This document shows, in pieces, positions 12,986 to 23,923 of a DNA stretch of 64,000 nucleotides (its first letter is position 1; every line of letters starts with the position of its first letter). The stretch is from Somniosus microcephalus. Lineage: Eukaryota. Position numbers and translations under genes: made by a program. Under the pieces are notes generated by a model. It was given only the letters and a program-made list of their open reading frames with translations. It made no database searches and was not told where the DNA came from. The stretch is from positions 72,850,001-72,914,000 of the forward strand of contig CM126204.1 of NCBI GenBank assembly GCA_052327205.1. Direction: 5' to 3'.

Positions 12986-14979
12986 AATTGGCCATTCTTC
13001 ATGGGTGGCCACTTTATCCGTCACTTCAGCTGCAGTTTTTCTGTAGGATCTCAGCTGTCGTTTGTTGAGGCTCCATCTTTTTAATGTCATGGAACCTACG
13101 CATGCATGGGATGGGATTTGAAGCACACAGCTGAGTTCCTGAATTTAATGGTCTCTCTTGGTCCAACTGCTCTTCCACTCAGTTTCTCTCAGTAGTAGAG
13201 GTACTTCTGCCTCTCTGCCCCCCTGCCCACCCCATCCATTTCCTCCCTCTCTAGCTAAAATACAGATCTTGCCTCTCATAATGGCTACACACTGGTCAGC
13301 CTGAAAGAAAAATTCTCTGACATTCAGGAAATTAAAAAGTTAGAAAGATGGTAGAACCCATTCAGAAAACTCTGACTCCCACCCAATCCTGGGCCCAACT
13401 GTTGCTTGTAGTTGTGATTCAATGGGCATAATAGGGACTAGAAGTGGCTGGAATATGGACTACACAGTAGAACTTCCACTGACTTGTGCTCGCTGCCGGT
13501 CAAGACTGCAAAGTGTGGCTGGTACAGACCATAAATGCAAATTACATTGTGGAACTTCAGTCATTGAATATTGGTATTTTGTGGACTGTTAATGGCTAAA
13601 GTAGTGATCCTATGTAATGTTATGAAGCTGAAAATTATCATAGAGCAAAATAATTCAATGCTTTATGCTGCATGCATTGACAGTGTTTAGAAAAACAATT
13701 TCTAGATTCATTGAGTCATTAAATATACTACTAATCCCAAATACAGATGTGTTCTAAAGGCTAAAATGGTGCAACATGTATTAAGTGTTTTAAAAAGTAA
13801 ATAATAAGCTTAGACAGTCGTGAAATATACTGCGAAAGCCAAATGTATGGATCAGCTCTAACGGTTAAAATGACTACAAAAATATAATTTCCACAATAAT
13901 GAGTGGAGTTACTGAAAATTTGATTTCAGATTGGCCTGCTTCAATTGAAACATTTGGCAGGAAACGTGAGTGTGAAGTTGCTGAGGTTGCCATACTGCAC
14001 CAGCTTATTCTGGTTTTAGTCATGCTGGTACCTGTTTAGCCCTGTTTAAACACTCTGTCATCCTAGGTCATTTACTGGGCAGTGGGCAGTCCGAATCTGC
14101 ACAGCTCTAAGGGAAAAAGAGCAGATGATTGTTTCGGGATCAAGGAAAGGTTGCTGCCATGTAGTCCAGTAAATGGTTTCATGTATATCTCAGTGCTGCA
14201 GTCTTCCAGCCTTAAATGAAAGACACAAGAACATGCAACTTTTTCAGTTTAGTTTAAACAGCTTGAAATAATATACAAAAGAAAAGCATGAAATAAAGCA
14301 GAATTCTTCAATATACCACAACACACACGTGTTAGGGATGTTGCTTCAGGCTATGGACCCTATTTCATATTGTTTATTGGGGGGGGGGTGGCAGGGGGGC
14401 GGGGGAGCACACGCCATCTTGAAAATACCCATCACCCATGATGATTGGGATTGACCTTTAACATCTGGTGTATTCTAGTATGATATCTGCATGTGCATCA
14501 GATCGTGTTATTACCAGCAAAGCAAAGTTATAATGTGGTTAGTCTTGATGTTTGTTTGTCCCCTGTTCTTTTAAATTTTTGGCATTCTCAATATGATTAG
14601 GCACTTTGGGTAGGAATTGTGATGCGTCACACATGTTTTGGGGGTCCAAAACGGGCGCAACTGAAGTCGAACTCGGGAGTGTGTGGAAAATGCTTGAAGT
14701 GCATGCGGTGCCATATTGATCCGGGCGCTCGATAGATGTTCCCTGGCGGCCGCCTGCAACAAAAACAGGAATTATTTAAATATATAATCAGGGCCCTGCC
14801 TGAATCACTGCCCCTTTCTGAAATTGTTGTTCATGGACACCCGAAGCAGCAGCAAGGAACACAGCAAAGACCTGCATAGGCTGCAAGAAGAGGGTGAAGG
14901 AGGCAAGGGTGCAAGGCTGAGGGTTTTCAGCATGTAAGGCGACTGTGTTTCCACAGGGAGACAGTCACGTACCTGTGCC

Positions 14980-15980
14980 ACCTACTGCTGCGAGAATTGA
15001 AGCCCAACACCAGGGCGTGCACTGCACTGCCTGAGGTAGTTAACATCACCGTGGCTCTGAATATTCATACCTTGGGCTCCTTCCAAACTACTTGTGGGGA
15101 CATCAGCAACATCAGTCAGTTTGCAGTGCACACGCTGATCTGGCAGGTCACTGATGCACCGTGTGTGAGGCGGCAATAGTTCATACCTGTGGAGGCTGAC
15201 AATTGGGAAGAAAGAGCATTGGGACTTGCCCACATTGCTGGATTCCCGCAGGTGGCGGGCATCATCGACTGCAATGCATATAGCCCTTCGTGCTCCCCAT
15301 TATGAAGCAGATCTGTTTCTGAACAGGAAAGGCTTCCATTCGCTCCATGTGTAACTTGTTTGTGACCACAACGAGTCATGCAGGCCTGTGCCCGTATCCT
15401 GAGAGAAAGAAAGACTTGCAATTGTATAGTGCCGTTCACGACAACTGGATGTCTCAAAGCGCTTTACAGCCAAGGAAGCACTTTTGGAGTGTAGTCACTG
15501 TTGCAATGTGAGAGTAGTCATGATGCTTTCATACTGTACTTGTCCTCAATATCCCCTCTAACACCTAGACCATCGGGTGGCAGGCTGGCTGCTGGGGAAC
15601 AAGCACTATCCTCTCACCAACTGGCTCATGACTCCTGTCTGGAACCCAGGCACTGGCACTGAGCTGAGATATAATGAGAGCTATACGTCAACAAGGGTTC
15701 TCACTGAGCAACCTATTGGCGTCCTGAAGCAACAGTTCCGCTTTTTGGAAGAGGTCCTTTAGTACAGCCCAGAGCGAGTCTCAAGGTTCATCATTGCTGC
15801 ACGCTCCTCAATGTAGCTATTCAAAGGGGAGTTGCTTTAGAGATTCCTGAGGAGCACGAAGTGGAGCAGGAAGATGCAGAAGGTGATGAGGAGCTGGAGG
15901 AAGCAGACGAGCATGGCCCAGCAGTACAGCGAGCCACCAGAGCTGTACTGCTGCAGATTATTGAAGAGAGATTCTCCTGA
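14980..15980 (+). pseudogene. Harbinger (HARBI1-like) DDE transposase pseudogene
   Basis: Motifs in order: TVALN..GSFQ...GD..ISQ, GFPQVAGIIDC, FLNRKGFHSL..LVCD, SSHDAFIL, GWLLGNKHYPL..WLMTP, YNE...TRV...IGVLKQQFRFL, YSPERV, acidic tail. Disrupted by stops, frameshifts and a SINE-tail insertion. Confidence 0.9.
15406..15508 (-). mobile_element. 3' tail fragment of a SacSINE1/L2-type element inserted in the transposase
   Basis: Matches the SINE tail at 35766-35860; flanked by the duplication TGAGAG (15400-15405 and 15509-15514). Confidence 0.8.
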
Positions 15981-16199
15981 TCAATCCCTGCTCTGCCCCC
16001 AGCACCAACAGTCCCTCCTTCCATTTGACCCAGTCCTCACACCCACCATATTAATGCCCTCAAACTGTAAAACGTTTGTGTTCCTCTTGCATTGATAAGA
16101 TTATGATGGCCAACAGGTATTTTACTTCACTACTCCCAACAGCCTCCATTGTTGATTTGATAAATGCTTACATGGCTGATTTCTATCGATAAATCATCT

Positions 16200-18034
16200 T
16201 TGTGCAACCCTTCGTGCCTGTCTTGTGTGCACATTACCTATTCTAGTGCTCCTACAATGTAGTTCCACAGTGGCTACAGCTTGGGACGTGGAAGGCTACT
16301 GAAGTTCCACTGAGGGCACTTGAGAATACCATGGTGGGCAACCTCAAGGAGTTTTGGCTGTTGAGGAGCCGGTTACAGACTGCTGGTACTTGGTTTTGGC
16401 TGGGGCAGTCTGGTCCAACTGGCTGTCTGGCTCCAACAGCAGCACTGGTTTGAGAGGCTAGCTGGGGAGCCAGCAGGTGCCTGCATCATGGAGCCAAATC
16501 CACTCTCAGGGCCCTGAGCCTCAGCACTCCCATTGCTCTGTGCGAGGAAGGCTCACAAAATCCCTACTCACTCTCTCCTTCAGGCTGTGTAAGCCAGAGG
16601 AGATGCTGGACCCCAAAACCTAGATGGCCGCTTTCTGAGCTTCCGTCAAATGAGTCCGAGCTGTCACCAGATACTCCATCACTGTGGGGGTTCCTCATAG
16701 AGCTGACCACTCACTCTATGTTTGACTGCATGGTCTCGATGCTGTGCACAAAGATCATACACAAGTTGGAGCTAGACTCCTCTACGTTCTCTGACATTGT
16801 GCGTGAGCTCTGTGGCAGGCAGCCCAGTCCACTTAGATGGTCCGTGTGGCCTGCCATCAGTCTGCTTATGGGCCATGTCTCCATCTGTACCCTGTTCAAG
16901 CAGGGCTAGGGTGCAAGTTCACCCTCCAGTGAGCTACTTCCTCGGCTGTCCTATCCCCCTGCCCTTGCTCCTACACACTCATGCTGGTGAATCTCCACAT
17001 GCAGACCCCTCTGAATTAGGCACAGTGACGGTCTCTGAGCTGATGACTGCAAGTGTAAGGTCGAGTGACTGCTTCGTGCTCTGCAGTGCTGCCCTCTTCT
17101 TCCTCTTCCTGTTCTCCTGAGGGCCATGTGCATCTCCTGGACATAAAATGTAAGAAAGGGAGAAGAGTTAGCATTTAGTGGCATAGGTATGCAGAGACAG
17201 ATGAGTGGCTGCTGAAAGCAGCTGCAATCTGTCATGCATCATGTGTAAGGGTGTGATTTAAGTGAGAAGAGAAGGATGGAAAGATGGTTGAAAACCCTGC
17301 AGGGCTTGTCCTCCAGCCTAGCAAGATGCCGTGCTCCTGACACCCCCCTGCCCACGATATCCATGATCTGCTCTTCAAGTGGGGACAGTACATGGATGAA
17401 GCGTGGTCCTCCCCCTGTGGCTGCCTGCTCCCTGTTACTGGGTGTGACATTGCCTGCAAGAAATAAGGAAACGTGTCAGTGTTTGAGTAGTGAGAGGTTT
17501 TGAGGACGTGCAAGTGAGGGTAGAATAGTGTTGTTAGTGTGTGCAAGGTGGCAGAGGTGTGAGGAGGTGTAGGAAGTAATAGTGAGGATAGTGGCAGGCA
17601 CAGTGTGCTGCAGTAGCTGCTGAAGGAGACAGAGTGAAGTGTGCTGCAGTGATTGTAGGAGAGTGCTGGCAATCAAGTGAGGAAAGGGTAGTGAGTGTTG
17701 GGGCAATAGGTGGTTTAAGGCTAATCATAGAGTAATGATAGATATGAGTTAGGAGGCTTACCTTAGCTATCCCTGTGAGGCCATTGAACTTCTTCCTGCA
17801 TTATTGCCATGTGCTAGGGACCATACTCTTTGCACTGACGCACTGTGCCACCTCTGCCCACTCATGCCTGGCAGCTGGCCTGAAAATCTTCCTGCTGCCT
17901 GGTAGATAGAAGATGCCCCATCTCATGCTGACCTCCTCTACCAAAACCTCCAAAGCAAGGCCTGCAAACCAGGGGGGGACCCTTGCAGCCTCTCCTGTGC
18001 CGGACTTTGCCCACAGATAGTTGCCTGCAACCAA
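16200..18034 (-). pseudogene. Harbinger Myb/SANT-like DNA-binding gene pseudogene, about 3 exons
   Basis: Exon 1 reads ...LEVLVEEV..R..IF....W.EVA..VS..S.V..TWQ*CRKKFNGL with donor AAG|GTAAGC at 17762. Exon 2 from 17453 contains the TGGG motif (REQAATGGGP..VLSPLEEQIMDIVG). Exon 3 acceptor at 17136; 3' limit approximate. Confidence 0.8.
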
Positions 18035-19782
18035 AGTGCACCTCCCATTTAAGAGGTGAAGGCTGCTGTTAAATCACGTCAGGAGTGTGCAAAATTGTGC
18101 CCCCATCAGGCAAGCTGCCAACCAACAGCGTGAGTTACACTGGCAGCCCGCGTATTTTATTTTCATGAGTTCCATGTATATGGGCTCTTTCTTGCAAGCA
18201 GGTGATCAGGCGGTCACTCCAAGCGCGAGGTCCATTCTGCCCACAAAAACTCACTCAAAGCAATTTTTACCCCAAAGTTTCATGTACTGTGTTATCTGTA
18301 TTCACATATCATTAGAAAATCAATTGATCTAACTTCATGTTTTGAAAGGACAAAGAATTTTAAAACATTTTCTGACTTGCATTCTGTCCAGCTCTTTATA
18401 TGTAGCATTATTTAAGCCGATGCTTCCGGTGGTTTTGTTTCTTCATGTTAAAAGTATATGCTATGGATAAATATGAAAAAAAACCTGTATAATTCCTTAA
18501 CCATGGCTTTCATGTGCCATAATGAAGCTGAATGGTAGCAAAATACAAATGCAGTAATGTTGAAAGAGCAATATATCTTGCAACACCAACATTTAAATCA
18601 CTGCCTGGACCAAGCGCCTCTTTATATCACTAACGCACCAACCCACTGCTTTAGAAATGCAAGAAGAGGGCAGGCTGGGTCCTGTTTCTAATCATGTTGA
18701 AGGCTAGGTCATAGATCTCCCCGAGTTGGAAGAAAAAATGTTTGTGCATATTTTATGTGCAATTCTAATTTAATCTTAAAAATAGATGGGCATACATAAA
18801 CCCTACACAGTCATATATGCAAATTCAATAAATGATTCCCAGCTAGCTCTGCCTGATCAGAAAATGTACTGTCGGAGGTCCACCAATTTTACTGGTCCAG
18901 TCCCAGAATATCATTTAAGTGGCTGCTTGCTGCTGAACAGCAGGTTCTGTTCCCTGATTACAAGTCATTTGCACATAAAAGTGATGCTATCTGACTTTGA
19001 ATTTGGCTTATGATCTTTTTTTGTAGTGAACATTTACCTAATTCCTTTTGTTTCCCCATTTAAATTATTTCCTTGGATTTTTATGGACATTGGCATGATT
19101 CAGCACACTAAGGATGTACAGTGTAGTATTCTGTAGTATTTATAGAAGGGAGTTAAAATATCAGACAGCATTGAAGTTTCTCACATCCTGCACAGAGTTA
19201 CAAAATAAGAATTATATTTTTGGATTCTCAAAGCTGATTGACCACTTCAGTTATAAAAACTTGCAAGCATTTTGTGCTGTTGTCTGAGAATTATATTGTA
19301 CTATAGAGGAAGAGATTACACAAGGTGATTGTTAATGATTTGCATTGGTAGAGTTTAAAAAACAAAGCTGTTTGCTGATATCCGTAGAGCATTTCATTGC
19401 ATTTATTCCTTCCAGAGAGTTCTGCACCGATCTGCAGTGAAAATGTTTATACAATATATATTTTGATATTTTCTCTGTGATAAACCCATGTTATTGTGTG
19501 TTGTTGAGAGCAAAACAAAAACACAGTTGTGTAATAACATTGTAGTTGGAATTGCTCCCCCCATTGTGTATGTGTTTTGTAGCTATACAAGATTCAAAGT
19601 CAGCTGCGTAGAGATACAAATTGCTTACTAATCTACGTACAGCTAATTTATATTGGATAGACTTTAATGAGATGCACCCAATCTTTTTACTTGTGCCATG
19701 ATTAGAATCAAGCCCCAGGTCTTGATAAATATTCCATCAGAGTATTCAAATTACCCTTAAGGGCATTAATATAGGATAATAG

Positions 19783-19926
19783 ATGGCTGGCAGTGAATTA
19801 CAAGGCAGTAATTCAATCGAGTGGCTCTGATGATGTCATAAATTGAGAGTACGAAGTGGCTTCGGAACATTAGCAGACCCCCTCCTTCCCGGATTTAATT
19901 ACTACCTTAATCCCACTGCCAGCCAT
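19783..19926. repeat. Palindromic hairpin element, copy 1
   Basis: Arms atggctggcagtg..aaggcagtaatt and aattactacctt..cactgccagccat are inverted repeats. Confidence 0.75.
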
Positions 19927-19936
19927 TACTTTCTTT

Positions 19937-19962
19937 TATATATATATATATATAATATATAT
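19937..19962. repeat. (TA)n microsatellite
   Basis: TA run with one interruption. Confidence 0.85.
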
Positions 19963-21114
19963 AAATGAATACCTAGACAACCTTCAACAATTTTGGGTGT
20001 GTGGTGGGCACAGTGGATTGGTAAAGGGCTGAGGCTCAGGTTTGATCATGCTACTCCACTGAGTTGCTGATTTCAGTTCATTTGTATTGGGTGTGGGGTC
20101 AATTCAAGGCAGGTACTTCCCATGTTTCCACTGAGTTAATTCCAGGGCATTCAACTGCACCTCTGTCTCTTAGGCATTGGCGGGGGCCTGGGAGGACCTA
20201 CCCAATCTCTATTCCAGTATAGATGCACAACTAAGCGTAAGGCAAGGAGAGGGTGCCCCGAATAAAATATTTTGGCCTAATGTTATTTTAAGTTTAGATG
20301 CACAACATAATTTGCAGCCAAAGGCTCACAGAAAATCCAACTGAACAGCCTTAATCTGGAGTATTCGTCTAAGAGAGTTGTTTGAACATGCTGTTATAAT
20401 GGTTGTTTGGAAGTTTTCTGGCTTGTGTAGGAGTCATTTTTGGAATAGCAGAAACAAGACTTTTGAAAATGAAACATTCAATTGAAACTCATAATGTGTT
20501 CTTAAATTGTAACCATTTTCTTTCTTTTGGTTGTTATTGTGTATAATTTATTTATACTAATTTCCCCGTCTCATTTTGAAATGGTTTTCTTTTCCCCCCA
20601 TCCTACTTTTTAGGTTCCCCCGCACCATGCATCATTCCCTGACCAAGAGGGTAGTCAGGCAACCAGTAGCCAGAGTTTTAGTGGCTTTGTAACCAGCCAC
20701 TAGGTGTGTACAGTAGATTGATTTCCCCTTGTTATTTTCCTTCCTCTGATGGATCAGCTGAGTCTTTTGTTGAGCGACTAGGTGAAGGGCTAAGGCTCAT
20801 AGTGCTGAACATTATCAAGGTTGATGGAAAGATGACCTAAGTGCTAGAGTGCTAATTAGCTAATGCTAAGGAATCATTATTAAACATTGTAAATTGTAGG
20901 AGGGAGGAGAAATGGAGGGATGTATAGATTTGCATCATTTTGAAATCCTGGGAAAGAATGGGAGAGAGTGATTAGTTTTGATTTCAATACATTAAGGTGC
21001 AGGGAGGGGGAGATATGTAGGATGGTGCACTTTGAGCTTAGATCCCTTCTGTTGATGGATGGTGAGCACCTGTTAACTATTTGTTTAGGCAAAAATTGTC
21101 CAATTAAAACGTGA

Positions 21115-21520
21115 TCTTTTTTCCCCCTTTTCTCCCTCCATTGAAGACGCTGGGGTGCAGTTCCACAGGTGTCGGCAGCCCTCCCTAACTTCGCCCAAGA
21201 GCCCATTCTTCATGTGGAAGCTTAAACCGTGAGTATCGGCAGGTTGTTTCACTCTGAAGGGCATAAACCCTCTCCTCTCCCCATGTCCGCAGATATACAT
21301 TCCAGCAGTGGTCACTGGATAGTGATCGGGAACTGGAACCTTGGCTGATTTCCTCCCTCTTCCCTTTCCCCTTCCCTAGTCTGGAGACACTGAGGTTTAT
21401 TGTAGCGCCCAATCACTATTCCAACTGCGATCAGCACAGATCAGAGACTGAACTTGGGAGCTTACAGTTCTGTATGGTTCAGTATCATATCCAGTGATAC
21501 ATTATACCCCACTGACCAAT
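21115..21520 (-). mobile_element. Old SINE-like repeat; related fragments at ~24500-24720, ~43140-43290 and ~52905-53140
   Basis: Shared diverged blocks (ccattcttcatgtgg/tggccatttctcatgtgtg; gacactgagg; gaac.tggga). Family and orientation are inferred. Confidence 0.4.
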
Positions 21521-23799
21521 CATTTTAGATTTTTTAGTAGTCATATTCTCACATTTGACCATGATACTTTCTCCTCAATACTCAAGATTATTGGGTGACA
21601 TCGTGGAAATATTTTTTGCGTTTCTAGGTCACATGATCCTCCCATAATATTTGAAGTATCTGATCTGAAAACCAACATAGCAGCGATCCTGAATCCCAGG
21701 TGAACAGAAACTGCAACTCTGAGAAATAAATAAACAAATACCTGAGATTAGAAAGCAGTCCAGTGACAGCATGTTGTGCCTATGTATTACATTTTTGAGA
21801 GCTAAAATGTGGGTTTACATTCGCACTCCCCACATGTTGAGTGACTGAGTCATTGGGAGGAGCGGGTGGAGGGAGACAAAACAACATATCAAGTGGAGGT
21901 GAAGGGTGAGAACTCATCAGCTTGAGTGCCAGTGCTTGACGCCTGGCAACAGGTCGTGTGTCTGCTGTCTCAGCGGGGGAGTCATGCACAATAAGAAGGG
22001 GAGCTTCAATACGAGACACAGAAAAATGGCACATTGAAAGGGCCTGACGGTATTTGTAGCCTTTATTGCAGTCAGAAAAGTTCTTGATGCAGATGTTTCT
22101 AACGCGCAATAATGTACTCATCAGAATCGGTGAGGATTCAGCTCAAAGATTTGTAACCAATCTGGAGAAGGAGAAATGAAACGAGGATAAATCTTATTTT
22201 TTTCGAGGAGAAAGCTGTGCTTTTGATAAAATAAAATTGGAGAGTAATAAATTCATCAAACTAAAAATGCAGGAGCTAATAGACTGCTCAAGTTTCAATG
22301 CATGGAAAGTAGAAAGCAGGCTCCTATTACTGCAAAGATACACAGATGCTGTCTGCTTTAATCGCTTGGTCATGGTTGGCAGACAGTTAGTCATCACAGG
22401 CTATGACAGGGTGAAAGCAGGGTGCCAGGGTCCCTTGCAAGTGAAAATTTGATGCAGAAAATGTTCTCTTTCTCCCTCCCTAGAAGTTAACAGCAACATT
22501 TTACTTCAAATCATTAGTCTCGCATAACTCAATCAATATGGATTTACTCAAAAATCAATTTCCTACCGCAAATATGATTGTTAAATAATTCACAAGTAAC
22601 AAGCCCTCTGGCACCTGGAGGTTGAAGGGGGGTAAGTGCTGAACAAGATTTAAAGCAGATTTCAATTAAATGAAGAGAAAAAAAAATATTAACATTCAGT
22701 CAGCCTTTGAAACTTTTCTTCGCTTGGCCAGAAAAATCTTCTTTGGGAAGGGGAGGGGGAAGTGGAGGAAGAGCACAGCAGAAAGCTGCATAAATCAGCG
22801 CAGGTGCAGTGAAGCAAACTTAACTGTTCAGCATATGTAAGTGCAATCTGAAAATCATTGTCTTGCAAAGAACACTTGAAATTGGTCCCTAATGGCCTCT
22901 GCTTTTGTCATATGGTCTTGATTATAACGATAAAATTGCATTGCCATGCCTTTAGTGAGAACGAGGTGGATGAATAATTGTTACGTGGGTTGAATACAGT
23001 GCGTGCGTGGGTGAATCAGGACAGCCACTGGACATGTACTTTCTGTCTGTGAAGCAGTTTTCAAAGAGTCCACCTCTCATGCCGAAAGGTACCTGCTGTA
23101 GCAGTGCTATTTTATTGGGAAAACCAGCAGGGTACTTGAAGGTGTGTGCAAACCTGGTGCAGATATGATGGCTGATTCTCTGTTCGCATCAAGCTCACTA
23201 ATAAATTCTAGCTAATTCATTTTTTATTCTCTCTAGGGGTCTGCTTGCAGACTTGACTTAACAGAGGAAGCATCATGTTACTTCCTTTAAATAATTGATG
23301 TCTCTTGGCCTAAGCCAGCTCAGAAGAAAATCTGAAAATAGTGACTGATTAAGTAAATATGTAGCTTTTTGCATTCCTGATATGTGGCTGGGATTGCTGT
23401 CATTGTATCTTTGTGTAGAGCTTTCCATTTCAGAGGATGTATATTTGACAGATTGCCATCACTATCAAAACTGCAATTAAAGAAACCGTTGTCCTTTTAG
23501 TTTGGCCTACATAGGCAGTTTTCTGCAACTATTACAGAGGCAGTTCTGCTTAACCACTTTCAATACATACTGACCATAGAGTTTGCTGGAAAAAGTGATT
23601 TCTCAATGAAGTGCAGGGTAATGACTTCACAATCGTTTATGTTTCAGCGTGATCGTCATCACAAATCAATGATCCCGAGTGCTCTGGCAGTTGGCATCCT
23701 CATTGAAATCCAGTATCAGCAGAAAAACAAACCCAAAATGGAATAAAACCAACCCATACAATTTACTGTATGTATTATTAAAAATAACAGATACCTTGT

Positions 23800-23923
23800 A
23801 GTGATTACAAGGCAGTAATCTAATCTCTGAGTTTGGATGACAGTTATAAACCACTCAAGGTTTGCTCTTGCGGCTTATGACATCACCTGAACCCCTCTAT
23901 TAAATTACTGCCTTGTAATCACT
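23800..23923. repeat. Palindromic hairpin element, copy 2
   Basis: agtgattacaaggcagtaat and attactgccttgtaatcact form a perfect 20-bp inverted repeat; the arm motif is shared with 19783-19926. Confidence 0.8.

Larger units (their letters stand above)
14607..18273. mobile_element. Decayed full-length PIF/Harbinger DNA transposon
   Basis: Imperfect TIRs (GGGTAGGAATTG ... CAATTTTTACCCC) enclose convergent transposase and Myb/SANT genes, the canonical Harbinger layout. Confidence 0.85.

Noticed and set aside
15577-15762. Domesticated HARBI1 gene
   Set aside because: Multiple stops, frameshifts, a SINE-tail insertion, a substituted catalytic-motif Asp (GN instead of GD) and flanking TIRs indicate a dead transposon.
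17460-17760. Thr/His/Leu-rich ORFs
   Set aside because: Low-complexity CA-rich intron of the Harbinger Myb gene.
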